In this document: positions 30,828 to 42,558 of the stretch, piece by piece | Numbering within the stretch: position 1 is the stretch's first letter | Layout: each line of letters begins with the position of its first letter | Assembly: GCA_034520965.1 (NCBI GenBank) | Contig: JAXHMY010000002.1 | Span: 384,001-448,000, forward strand | Length of the DNA stretch: 64,000 nucleotides | Origin: Spirochaetia bacterium | GTDB lineage: Bacteria; Spirochaetota; Spirochaetia; DSM-16054; Sediminispirochaetaceae | Direction: 5' to 3' | The notes under the pieces: model-generated | Database searches by the model: none | The model's input: the letters and a program-made list of their open reading frames with translations, nothing else | Told to the model about the DNA's origin: nothing | Position numbers and translations under genes: made by a program

Positions 30828-33734
30828 CTATCGATTCTCTTCTGCAAGTACCAGACGTCTCAACTGTTCGAGGGCTTCGAAATCATCAGCGGCGGGCTTT
30901 TGTGCTTGCGCCGGTTCCAGGCCACTAAAACTCTTCGATCGCGGGAGCACTTCCAGCACGGTTTCGAAGGCAGTGAGGAAGGAGGCATTTTGCATGAGAT
31001 TTGACTTTTCAAGCATTTCTCTCGAGGCGTTGAGGCCGCGAGAGCGGGCTGCATATGCAAGGTGATGGATGGCGTCGATCATTGCCACCGACCCCGAGGC
31101 AGGGCCTATGGAACCGGAGCTCACTCTCGTGGCGCTGTCCCAGAGCTCAAGGTCACTCTGTTTCTTTTGGGCAAGTTTCTTTACCACATCGTGGTCAAGG
31201 TCTATTCCTACTACTCTTGCAAGTCGGAGAGCCTCGTCATAGGGAAACTTGGGGGCCTTGAAGGCATCCCATGCGAGGACGAACCATTCGGTAAGAGGAT
31301 CGAGGTGCTCCTGCCGTTCCATCGAAGTAAGCTGGCGGAGGCGCCATTCTTTCACCTCCCGACGTGCAACTTCCAGAACGTCCTCCGGAGTGGTTTTGTA
31401 GGGATCGTAGTCGTCCTTGATGAGAAGCTTCTGTGAGCCTTTCTTCGGCTCCGGTTTCGGTCGTGGCTTTCCCCGTTTGACCGGCCAGTGGCGCGAAAAC
31501 TCCTCGAGGGCGGGACCAAAACTCGAGAGGTAGAGGTCCACTCCGCTTATGCCGGAATCCTGATAGTATTGAATGCGATCACGTACTGCAGTTTTCACCT
31601 TTGGTTCGAGGTCTTCCCAGTACACAGGCTCGGCCTCTTCCTGTTTCGGACGTGGGCGACAGACAAGGAATATGGTGCTGTTCGCCGAAGCCTTGTCCTT
31701 TATATGAAGAGAGCCTTCGGCTTCGGTGTTGATCGGCCAGCTGGCGGTGACGATAAATCCGGCTTCCACCAGTCCGGTGGTGAGCGCATCCCATGCGCCA
31801 GTTGCCTTGTGGGTGAACATGAGGGTCATGATGCCGTCTTCTTTCAGCACTCGTCGGCACTCCTGAAAAATGGCGGCCATACGCTGCCGGTATTCTTCCC
31901 CAGCCAGGTTTTTGGCACCTTTCTGCCCTTTAAAATGGGATGGGTTTGCAACTGCTTCATTGTCTTTGTCGGTGAGCTGACGAGTAAAGAGTTCGGGCAA
32001 TATGAGCCCTGCGGTGCGTTTGAGCCACACATAGAAGAAATCGGAGAGCTCTGCGTACATCACGTTATCGTAGTACGGCGGGTCCATGACTACTGCATCT
32101 ATAGATCCGTCCGGTATATGATCGAGCTGGTCGGCCGACTTTGCCGTTATGGTAACGGAGGGCGGTGTATATGAGTCGTTGTTGTCAAGGCTCAGTTGTG
32201 CATCACTTTTTCGTAAGGCTTTGCCATCTATGTCAGGCCGTACGAGGTCGATGAGCTCTGCTACACTCTTTTCGGTTTGTTCAAAGGCCCAGTCACTTCC
32301 CTTTTCATTAACAAGGGGTGATATTTCAGCATATGACCATTTAATTGGATATGCATGCTGTGTGAATGTGTGAGCCATAACTTCTCTGTTCGCATGCCAT
32401 GTGCCCAACCGAGAGTTATAATCACAAAGTTTATCAATCGCTAATGCAACATAGAGAAATGCTGCTTTAGTTGGTTCAGTTAATTCGCCTGTTGTTCTTT
32501 CCTCATTTAATATCTCTTGATATATTTCAACACTCACTGCATGGCTATAAAGTTGGCGCGTAGAAAATAGATCTCTCCAATTGTTTACTCCGTAAGCCTT
32601 AATTCTGTCTGCATACATCGCATTGTATTTTTCATTTGGCAAATATTTTAGAGCTTCCCATTCTGGCAGTTTCTCCTGGAGTTCAGATTTCACATCTTCT
32701 GTGAACATCATCTTTTGGGCTCCGGTAACGCGGTAAATCTTCGAACCCACTTTTCTTTTGCTTTGCCGGTCTTTGCATAGCTTAGCCTTCTTTCTTTATA
32801 TACTATTGCATAGAGCTGTTCTCCCAGGTTTCCGGCCTTGGCCTGACGTTTGACTTCACCTCCATCGATAACGCGCTCACAATCCGGATAAGGGCAGGTG
32901 GCATCACCGCTTTTAACTGTACCCGCACTCTGTTGAGTTTCTTTCTCTACAATTTCGAACTCACAAACTCGTCCCATGCTACCGGGACCATCTGCAGTAT
33001 GTGGCTTCAGACGAACTCCGGTGCCCCCCGGAGCAAGTCTCCAGTTTGGTGATAATGGAATAAGGCCTTTACAGTAAGGGCAGGTTATTGTGCGGGCCCA
33101 TATCCAATTTGTGGGTAATATATTTTCCATTGTTTCTGAAGGAAATAGGGTAGTTAACCGGTTTTCTCTACGCAGAAGGAACTCTTCTTTTAAGCGTTTA
33201 TATTCCCTGATAACCTCTCGTGGCTTAAAGGAAGGCATCTTTACAGTTGCTGTGAGAATAGTGACAGCTACAGGGTTAAGGTCATTGGCGAATACATCTA
33301 AATCTGCCCGATGTCCCTCAAAGGGTATGCTCCCGCCACCAGCAGTTGGGTCTAATAGTTTTCGTTTAGTACCAATGTTATCTTTGAACCATTTCTTTTC
33401 AGATTCATCCATTGAGTAAGAAAAAGCTCGAGGATATCCACAGAACCCTCCTTCCAACCGTTGACCAGTTTGTTTTTGCAACCGCAATCTTCTTTCTTTG
33501 AAGCAAGAGGGTCTCCATGTATTCCCAACGCATGCAAAAAAGCTTTTCTGTCTGCATCAGACGGAAGTAACGATGCAAGCACCGCAGCACGAGAGGCAAC
33601 GAGGGGACGACGAGCCCACCAAACATGGAGATAATAAATCGGAGGAAGCGCAGTCATCGATCTACGCTCGCGTGCGGATCTCCGCGCCGGTATCCCCAGA
33701 TAGGCATCCATTCTTCTATCAGTCGTCTATCCAT
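30828..33734 (-). CDS. DUF1156 adenine-specific DNA methyltransferase with Zn ribbon (frameshifted)
   Basis: LHVWWARRPL, LDPTAGGGSIPFE (SAM binding), CPYC...CPYPDC, MDPPYYDNV (catalytic). Confidence 0.92.
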
Positions 33735-34231
33735 GGATAACCTCTTTTAAACTCAACTTCGGATCTATGAGCAGAAATCGCAATGCCATCAGAACTCTTC
33801 TTGGATTATTTCGGTACATCGCCATACCAAGCCAATAGGATGCCTCCTCGGCACTCATCTCTTCAATACCGTCGGCCACCTGCTTCATATTATCCCGGTT
33901 GCGCATAGGAGCAAGGGCACGAAACAGAAGCGCCAGTTGAAGCGCAGGAAGCTCCTTTATTGGAGTGCGGTGGGCCATTCCCGGTAGTATACCCTGAAGA
34001 GAAATTCCTCTTCTTCAGATAAGTGACGAAGCACCCGATGCTCCATAAGTGAAAGGTTGCGCCCGCGAAGACCGGCCAGGCGTCTGGGGGACTTCAAAGC
34101 GGGAGTAGCTATAGAAGGTAGTTGAAACACCTCGATCTCCAAATCGTTAGTCCCACGGAACGGAGACACGACGATATTGGGTTGCTTGTCTCATCTTTAG
34201 TTGTGATTTTTATACCGGGTAGTTTACTCTT
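33727..34231 (-). CDS. Small accessory protein in the DUF3780 position between DUF499 and DUF1156 (frameshifted)
   Basis: Pieces 33957..34169 and 33727..33978 (LALLFRALAPMRN...MSAEEASYWLG...RVLMALRFLL); overlaps the methylase start. 5' end approximate. Confidence 0.65.
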
Positions 34232-37200
34232 CATCGCTGAACTCCGCAGAAAGATGTACATTCGCCGCACCGAGACCTAACTTGGTGAGCGTAGTACTCA
34301 CAGTTTTCGATTCTTCCTCTGAGAGGTCCAGTGATTCAGAGAAAGTAACGGTAACAGACATATCAAAATCTTTTTCTTTTGCTGCTCGGAACTGTGTCTC
34401 AACGAACTCTCTCACTACCTGAGCATCCTGAAGATACCCGTCGAAATTGAAGGAAAGATTTGAAGAAGATTGAGACTCGTATGAGCCATCCATCACCACC
34501 TTCTTTTCCGCATTGGCAATTCCTCCGATGAGGCCGATCCCCTTGAAGGCGTCGGAGTCTCCGCGGAATTTTGATAGTCAGGCTTTTTACTTTTGCAGGC
34601 TTGCCATTTGGCTTTTCCTCCCACAATCTGGTCAAACACTCCTTCATAGTGCCGGTGAGGCGAAACGACGTAACCGTTGACGTCTCTGGAGTAGGCGTAC
34701 CTGAAGCGCCTCCAGATTCTCGTCCAGAAATCTCTTCCTCCTCATCTCCTCCGGTTGGGGGAGGAGTTTACGGACCGAGGCCAGATCTCATGTTCCCGCG
34801 CATAGTCTATTGTGTAGAGAAAGGCATTCTCATCAATCTCTATGGTGGCATACGGATCGCCCTGGCCGTAGAGTAAATCACCCTTCTGGTATACATATTC
34901 ACCATGTTCGACGCCGTTACGGATTCCCCGAATAAAGGTGTCGCTCCCAACAAGAATTGGAAGAACTGGATCGCGACGAAACTCTGCTCGGAGTCTGTGC
35001 TACTGATATCTTCCCGCTGCGAAGTGGTGTTTTATCACGAATGTAATCAGGCGAATCGGGATCATCACCGCTTACTCGCAATGTACCGAGGCTTCTCAGA
35101 AGCCTTTCGACTGGCTTATGTCCTTTCCCAGGATCTGCTGAGGATTCATCTTTTGAAATCACCGAATGTGCAAGATCGACACCAGCTCCATTCACACGAT
35201 CTTTTGAAGGATAAAAGAGATGTCGGTATGCCGCCTGTATTGTCACCGCTACTGCATGCTTGCTCGTTCGATAAAGCTCATCAACCTTTGCTGGTGAGGT
35301 TGAAGGAGCCCACGGCGATCGGGCTTTCTCATTTGTTCCAGAGCGAGCTGTCTGCGCATCGCCTCAAACATCGCCTCCCGTTGAGCTACATCAGCTACCA
35401 GAAAGAGGACATTGTTTCTGTTCTTCCGAAACTCATCGCTGGCGCCCTTTGAACGATACAAACGCTCTACGAGGTCCGGTACTTGAACGGAACTGCTTCC
35501 AATAGTTGCCGCATCGTATCCAAGGATAACCATGACAGGCTTCTCTGCATTCGGATCGTCAGGAACATCGGCTGGCGTAGCAGGGAAAAGTGAAAGTTCA
35601 AAGGAGGAGTGGGGACTCTGGAAGATCGTTCGAATCCGGTCGTTGAGCTCGTTTCTAACCGCTTCAGTTTCTACATTATCTCTGGCTTTCTCTGCGAATA
35701 AGCTGGTTGAGATTGATATCGGTGAGAAACCGCAACACCTTATCCCGCTTATCAAGATCGAGGTATCCTGACTCCTCCACAAACTTCTTGGCCGCATCAT
35801 CGATAAAACCAATATCGAGAGATGGGCCGACCATAGATAAGCGAAGATCGGTACGTTCGATACCTTGTAGTCTCTGATGATACGCAATGGTGTGAATAAA
35901 GATGGTACGTGCTATATACGTGGTATATGGAGGCAACCCGGCATATGAATCGGTATCTATTTTCTCGGCTATTGATGAAGGTTCGTGCTCTACAGCCTCT
36001 ACATCGCCGGAGACTGCAGGTGCATAGTCCGACTGGCCGAGCCGGGTAAAGATCTCTTGCCTGATATCCTTGTTCTTGAGACTGATATGATGGAGATGAA
36101 TCAAATGTACATCGTCCGGTTTCTTCTGCCATACATATCGGCAACGGTACGAGCCAGGAGACGCAACATTCCCCGGACTCTCTGAAAATCTTTAAGAGTA
36201 GATGTCTTTGAACGAAGGGTATTCAGAACTTCAGGATGAAACGGATAGTTCTTGCGCAGCAGTTCCAGCGTATCTGCTGTTTCCGCCTTCGCCGGGAGCA
36301 CTGACTCGTTGGCATTCCATATTTGTTTGTAGGTCGTCACTACCTCTTCGGCTCTCTCCATGTCTATGTGCTCGAACAAGCGCCTTCTCAGTACGTGTAT
36401 CGTCTCATCTTCCTCGGTCGGGTCCAAGAGTGTCGCCTTCCTTGCCGATACCGATTCCAACTCATCGAGAATGTCCGATACGATCCGGCTTCTATTCTCT
36501 CGATCCTCCTTCTGACATGCATCACTTGCTTTTCCCTTTTGATCGATAGCAAGAGTAAAGACAACACAAGCTCGTGGAGAGGATTCAACAGCCTTGAATA
36601 AAGCGGTTAGAAACGCGGTTATTTGATTGACTGCTTCAGCCGCTTCTATACTCTGGAGTTTCCGTAGATACACCGACAGCTCGTCGAGAAGAATCAATGT
36701 GGGTTTATCACCAATAAGCTCCTGTAGGGAACGACTGCCAGGAGCAGTCCTGCTGCTGTCGGCATTCTTTACCAAATTATACCCTTCGACTCCACCCAAT
36801 TTATACGCGATCTCTCCCCAAGGGGTGCGGGTGCGGATTCCATCTCCAAGCAGCACATCGTCTGTAGCACTTGCACTTTGTCCATCGTAGGCCGCTACAC
36901 GTATGTTTTCCTTAGGAAGAAGCTTTGAATCAATAAACTCTTCCAGTCTGTTAATGGTAGGTGCAGATTTGCAGATATGCGACAAGGCAATAAGGGCATG
37001 CGTCTTACCACCGCCGTAGCGTGTGTCCAGCCGGAAAATCGATCCGATCTGACTCGGGCTGGCAGTTAAGCGTGCGAACACACTCTCGAGCAGACGCTTT
37101 AATCCTCGTGTCGGGTGAGTATGAGCGAAGAATCGGTCCGGATCGAGATAGTCCGGAGGGGCTGTACCATCGAGTACCATTTCCAGGTCAGCTGCGTAAC

Positions 37201-37273
37201 TCGATTCAGAAACAGTCCCAGCAAGCACATCTGCACGAGGTTGGCATGTATCAAAGATTAAAGGAATGTTCAT
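34224..37273 (-). CDS. DUF499 AAA+ ATPase (frameshifted)
   Basis: IFDTCQPRADVL, FFAHTHPT, Walker A TRYGGGKTH, TPWGEIA, Walker B LILLDEL, YPFHP, FQRVRGMLR, RKNRNNVLFL. Confidence 0.92.
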
Positions 37274-37324
37274 AACGTCTTACTTTTCCTTGTATTAAGT
37301 TTTCACAATCATTATATAATCTGT

Positions 37325-37353
37325 AGTATGAGCTGTTAAAGAATTGGTGTCAA
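37325..37353 (-). promoter_or_regulatory. Sigma70 promoter of the DUF499 operon
   Basis: TTGACA-17 bp-CATACT, about 50 nt upstream of ATG 37273. Confidence 0.7.
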
Positions 37354-37437
37354 TGAAAGGAAAAGAGTAAACCCTGAGCAAATCTCTGAACTACTGAAGT
37401 AATATGTTCATATTACAGACAAATACACTAAGATCAC

Positions 37438-37473
37438 AAAAAGCAGGCCTGGGATGCTGTCTCGGCCTGCTTT
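37438..37473 (-). terminator. Rho-independent terminator
   Basis: Minus strand AAAGCAGGCC-gagacagcatccca-GGCCTGCTTTTT, immediately after the stop at 37478. Confidence 0.7.
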
Positions 37474-37477
37474 AGAA

Positions 37478-38180
37478 TCAATCATTGAAATGGTGAGAAA
37501 TAATTTCTTGCATCCTGTAGCGAGCCTGTGTTGATTTCACTTGGTGAGTGATGACTCCTGTAACAATCGACCAAAGTAGATAGGCAGTGAACTTTTTCCT
37601 TTGACGGCTTCCTACAGGTTCAAGTTTTCCTGTTGCATAGTTCTGATAATCCACTTGTTCGTATGAGTGCATTTGTTCGATGATTAGCTTTTTGTACCTC
37701 ATCACAAGTGTTTTCCAGAAGAAGTAGCCTAAAATAGGGATGCCTATCTTCCTGATTGAGCCTTTTATAGTTCGCTTTCAGTCCATCAATAGTAGCTACG
37801 ATGTTTTCAATGAAAGGTTCTCGAAGATCATTAAAATTAATTTCTTCACCTCTATGGAGAAATCGAATCTCATGGACCCGTTCTCCAATCATCACTCCGT
37901 TCCGACAGACAAAACGAAAGCCTCCATAGATAATACTAAAGGATGAGCTCTTATCATAGCAGTTGCGGATGATAAGACGTGGCACATATCCATCCTTCTT
38001 CGTTGTCCCTCCAGTGCAGTATTCCGTACCCCATCGTCAGGCGCGTTAAACCGGTAGTCTGGAAGTTGAATCTCATAGAAGAGCTTTCCACCTTTTCGGG
38101 AAAGGTCGCAGCGAATCTGCTTGCTGCGGATGTGAAGGTCTGCAAGTAGATGGTGAGTGAAATCGACTGCGGCTCGGTGC
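37478..38180 (-). pseudogene. DUF932/DUF945-like mobile-element protein, 5'-truncated and frameshifted
   Basis: PRLIIRNCYDKSSSFSIIYGGFRFVCRNGVMIG matches the N(S)xD.S....GxxRxVCxNG signature; pieces in three frames. Confidence 0.6.
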
Positions 38181-38381
38181 TTGAATAGTGATGTACTTCT
38201 TCGCTTGACCATCCATCGTTTTAATGGCGTCTAGATCGTTTTCTTCAATAGAATCTCTTTTCGCAGCCAGCTTTGGTTTATATGAGTCATTCCAACCCAT
38301 TTCCCAAAATCCTAGTTTATAGAAATCTTCTTTTTGATCTTCTCCTGACCAAGTGGCACCAACCACCCAGTACTTTGGCAA
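38180..38381 (-). pseudogene. Truncated EVE/PUA-like domain fragment (McrB N-terminal-like)
   Basis: KYWVVGATW...FYKLGFWEMGW...IEENDLDAIK...ITIQA; AAGGAG RBS; similarity ends abruptly near 38180. Confidence 0.4.
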
Positions 38382-38461
38382 TACGTACTCCTTATGAAAA
38401 ACATCTTACTATTTCTCTCTAATTAAAAACTTAGAGTACTACGAACCCGTATCAAGCAATG

Positions 38462-40287
38462 TCACAGAAAGCCTTCCCGACCTTCATTTGGATTGCCGGT
38501 GAACACAGTCATTCGTATCCCATCCAGTACGAAATCGGGTGGATGCTGGTTTTCGACAATTACGATCTGGCTATCGGTACTATGGTGCTCGATAAGATAA
38601 GAATAAAAACTCTCTTTCAAATTGGTGCCTTGTAGTTGCCGATCTTCGTCGCCTTCCGGCTTGAAATAAGCGAGGAGTGGCGAGTCAAGCACAACAAAGC
38701 CAGGATGTGGCAGATCGTTTTCCAGGCAATACTCAAGCAATGCGATCGTTACCGCTGCGTGCGTAATAGCGCGAAGCCCCTTACCCCGGCTACCTCGCGG
38801 CTTTCCATCGATCACAAAATCGGTAGTTTCCTTGTCAAAATGAACTAGGCAGTCACCCGGAAAATCCCATGCATCCAGCAATTTGGAAACCCTAAGTGAA
38901 AAGTCGTGCGCAATAGAGTCAGGCAGGCCGGAGACGATAGCGCCAGAAGAACTTTCTTCGTTTTCATCCTGCTCTAAAGTTGTCCTGCGCTTTTCGAGCT
39001 TTACCACTCTAGCGTAAAGGTCGAGCACTTTCTGTACCTCAGCCCGCTTTTCAATAAGTTCCGAGAAAGATGCCCTTTCTTCACTCACCGTCGGCGCAAC
39101 GTTTTTGTTAATCTGGATGTTAACATTCTCATACTCTCTATTCTTATTTGATAACTCTTGTTCTAAAGAGACTTCCTCGGACTTTAAATCAGCAACAGTC
39201 GCTTGGAGCTCGCCCTTAAGCCGTGCTATTTTTTCAATTTCTGCGGTAGCCGCCTGAACGATCGCCTCAACATCCCCATCGCAGGCAACATCATGTTGTT
39301 GTGCTTCCGAGGTTGCTCCGCATAGAGGGCAAGGAACCGATTCCACGTGAGCAAACATCGCTCCATTTTCCTGTATTGCTGTTAGACGCTCAATATCGAC
39401 GGCATAGTGCTTCAGGAGCAGATCAAATCTCGTCAGCAAAACCGCAATTTCGTCCAGTCGGTTTTGAACCGCCGTCCGGACATCCACGAGCTCCCGCCGT
39501 TGCGCCAAAGAGAATCGAGCTGAGCTTGAATGCTCTTTAGATTTTCCCGGCGCTGCTCGATAGTCTCTTCAAGGCGACCAATCTGTTCTTTAAGGTCTGC
39601 CTCTTCTTCACCGACTTCTGCAATTTCCTGTCTGATTTCGGCCAGCAGTTCATCGATTAGTTCGATCTGTTTCGCACTATCTTTTTCAACCCTCGTTGTC
39701 TCAACAACATCGGAGTCATCCACGCCGGTAAGAAGAAGCTTTATCGTTGCCAACTCGGCAGTTTTCAAAGTGTATTGACCGCCCCAGAAAGGCGAGCCAG
39801 TTTGCTGAATCTCGCCTTCCTGGACAATCGAAAGTCTGGCCAGATTTCTGAAACTTAGACTCTGCGTCGTACCATTCCTCTTGCTGCGTAATACGCGTTT
39901 TCCAAGTAGCCCGATTTTAACAAGAAGGAATCCCGACATATTGTCGGTTTTGCCGTGACTATGCTCTTTTCTGAGAACTTCAATTTCGGCTTCCTCATTG
40001 AGCAGATTCAGGACCTTGAAGTTTCCGCCCGAACTCGCACGATAGACCCTCCATTTCTCGTCGGAGGTCACATCAAAGTCAAGCTGGACTTCTCCGAACG
40101 GGGTTCGCTCCGGAATATCTCTTAGTTCAGACCCTCCAAGCATGAAATCAATCGATTCAGCAAGGAATGACTTCCCTGTATCAGATGCGCCGCAAATCAC
40201 ATTTACGCCGTTCGAGAATGTCATCTCGGACATTTTCTTGGGGCCGGAAAAAGCGATCCGTCGCAGTTGGAGGTAACTTTTGCTCAT
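38462..40287 (-). CDS. lmuB: Lamassu LmuB / ABC-3C SMC-like ATPase (frameshifted)
   Basis: Walker A GASDTGKS, coiled coil with CPLC zinc hook, degenerate signature GSRGKG, Walker B FVVLDSP, IVENQH. Confidence 0.85.
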
Positions 40288-40778
40288 TGTTTACCTCGCG
40301 GTCTATCTATGGCCTGGAACTGGCTTGACCAATTCTCAAACAACCGATGCATCATTTGTCGTATCTCCGATGTTGCCACACCAGCAAATCGTTCGACCGC
40401 CCATTGCGCACGCTCTTTAAGCCTCTGAGAATAGGTGGATGTAAACGAGGCGAGAAACGGCGCAGCCGCGTCTCCGGCGATGTAGTCAAAACCGTCTTCT
40501 GTGGGTATTTGCTGTATGAGGTTCCGGCTTCTCATCAAAAGAAGGCCTTTTTCAATCAGCTCGCGGCGAACCAGCAATTCTCCCGCCCTCATAGGCAGGT
40601 CCGCGTGAAGACTTTCAGGTCCATCGGCATCACCGGAATGAACGACAAGATAATCCATTTCGACCAGCCTTTCGAGGTCGAGAGCTTCCGGATAGGCAGC
40701 GACCAGAAGCTCCAGGGAGCGGATACCGGTCTCTAGTGGACTGTTGAATGGTGCTGGGCGTGAGTAGTTAGTCATCAT
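40284..40778 (-). CDS. lmuC: Lamassu LmuC / ABC-3C middle component
   Basis: PFNSPLETGIRSL...DYLVVHSGD..GPESLH...GELLVRRELIEKGL; overlaps both neighbouring genes. Confidence 0.8.
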   Translation of the reverse strand: MMTNYSRPAPFNSPLETGIRSLELLVAAYPEALDLERLVEMDYLVVHSGDADGPESLHADLPMRAGELLVRRELIEKGLLLMRSRNLIQQIPTEDGFDYIAGDAAAPFLASFTSTYSQRLKERAQWAVERFAGVATSEIRQMMHRLFENWSSQFQAIDRPRGKQ

Positions 40779-41865
40779 CCATCACCCATTTAAGACGATC
40801 TTCATTTGCAAGCTGATGGCAGATACCCTGCCGGTCTTGCGACTTGGTTACTGACGCAAGTGGATTTGCGGTCAATGCGACAGATGATGCCTGCGCCACT
40901 GTCGCTTTCATCCTTTTGTACCCGTTGGGATAGCTTGAGTCCGTAACATCAACAACGCCGTGATAAACCTCGTCCTGAAGATAATCGAAGGTCCCTTCTG
41001 GGACCGTGTCTCTGGCGAAGTTTCTTAATGCCTCAGCATGATAGAAGCGCTCACGTTGCCTCCTGTAATCCTTTTCCAACATGCTGTGTGCAACGAGTGC
41101 GCTCATATCTCGGATCGGAATGCCTAAATGATCTCCATAAGCTTCAAGGAGCTGACGGATATACCGACTCTCGGATGCCGCAGGGACAGCAGGAGGCTCT
41201 TCGGGATCTGGCCGTACAGGCAGTCCGCCTCCAAACCGGACCGAGTGAAATCCGGTATGGCTATGCGCTTCAATCAGCTCAACGTGTGACTTTGATGAGA
41301 AGATCGTAAAATCAAAAGCGTCCACATATGACAGCAGCTTTCCGCTGAGCTCGATTTCATTAGTTGAGGTGATTCCGATTTTACAGTACCCATCCCAATG
41401 TTCCTTGAATTGATCTCTAAGCTCGGTAGGCTTATTTAGAAGTTTTTCTAATGCTGTTCCGACATCGAGAGGTGCCACAAAATAATGCTTTCGTGGTGGT
41501 GTATATTCGCCGATGTGCGAGTAATAAATGATCTTACCCAGTTCAACCCAAATGTCGCTTGGTCGCAAAGGGTGCGCATAACGCTTGCATTGGTAATTGT
41601 CCCACGTATCTTCAAAACCTTTACTGGTGCAAAATCCAGCGATATCGACACCGCAATCACCTGAGCCACCAAAACGACGAACCTTGATATATGAGTCTAC
41701 AAGACTGGTTGACCATTCCTCGATAAAATCTTCCCAATCATCAGGGCTGAAATTCTTGACACGGATCGCTTTGGGAATGGGAATACCTGATTGCACATGA
41801 GCAGTAGAAGGTGTAGCTGTTGGCGACTTAGGCCTTATCTCTTTTAGATCGGTCTCAGATATCAT
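40768..41865 (-). CDS. lmuA: Lamassu LmuA / ABC-3C effector with Mrr-like PD-(D/E)xK nuclease
   Basis: SPDDWEDFI, GGSGDCGVDI, YQCKRY; C-terminal ABC-3C CTD-like DRQGICHQLANEDRLKW. Start uncertain (41865 or 41878). Confidence 0.82.
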   Translation of the reverse strand: MISETDLKEIRPKSPTATPSTAHVQSGIPIPKAIRVKNFSPDDWEDFIEEWSTSLVDSYIKVRRFGGSGDCGVDIAGFCTSKGFEDTWDNYQCKRYAHPLRPSDIWVELGKIIYYSHIGEYTPPRKHYFVAPLDVGTALEKLLNKPTELRDQFKEHWDGYCKIGITSTNEIELSGKLLSYVDAFDFTIFSSKSHVELIEAHSHTGFHSVRFGGGLPVRPDPEEPPAVPAASESRYIRQLLEAYGDHLGIPIRDMSALVAHSMLEKDYRRQRERFYHAEALRNFARDTVPEGTFDYLQDEVYHGVVDVTDSSYPNGYKRMKATVAQASSVALTANPLASVTKSQDRQGICHQLANEDRLKWVMDDD

Positions 41866-41967
41866 CCAATATTTCCATTTGTCCTCACAGGGTGAAACGT
41901 TTTTCCAAGCAAACGAAGAGGCAATTGCACATGGTTTCATTATGTTCTCTTTAAGACATCATTAACT

Positions 41968-42102
41968 ACATAACGTTAACCTGAGTTGCCTGACGTTGTT
42001 ACTCTATAACTCATATTCTTACACCAGTGTACACCCGGTTTTTCAAATCAACAAACGCTTTTCACTAATTACCGCCAGGACAACTCCAAGTGATTGTTAG
42101 CT
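41968..42102 (-). other. Integron attC-like recombination site (135 bp)
   Basis: Minus strand AGCTAAC-AATCA-CTTGGAGTTGTCCTGGCG...CGTCAGGCAACTCAGG-TTAAC-GTTATGT: paired R boxes, unpaired 5-nt spacer, paired L boxes with two extra bases on the left arm. Confidence 0.65.
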
Positions 42103-42558
42103 CCCTTGGCGCAGGCCATATGTTTTATATGCCGAAAGGCGAATTCTATTGAGGATCGTTCACCTTACCGAAATGTCGTGAAGTCAATAATGAAATGGTA
42201 GATAGCAAATTTAGTAAATGTGCATTCAAAATCGCGGGTAAAGCGTTCGACTATCCTACTTTATAAATTATAAAATTATTGGTCATATGTTTGATGTCCT
42301 TATTTCGTATGCCGTCCTTTTATCGTACACAAGTGGAGCTAACATGTTACTTGTTTTCTAATAAAGCATACTATACTGAAAGATTAACTACAGCATATTT
42401 TTCAATTGTTCAATCCTCCTCTTTCTCCAGTCGAACCACGTATGGTTCGACACGATAAACTCGCCTGGTATTACATTTAACGTCCCGCTGACCTTACTCT
42501 CGGATTCTGTCCAGAATGCTGAAAGACTTTATGGCTAACGGACGCTTTAGAGCCGCAG

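Noticed and set aside
31488..32174. 228-aa plus-strand ORF and similar antisense ORFs (15549..16037, 34904..35452, 53173..53751)
   Set aside because: They are shadows of well-supported genes on the opposite strand and show no motifs.
21869..37273. BREX or DISARM system
   Set aside because: No PglZ, BrxC, DrmA or DrmB recognised; the gene set fits the DUF499/DUF1156 system, and the Lhr-like gene is only a fragment.
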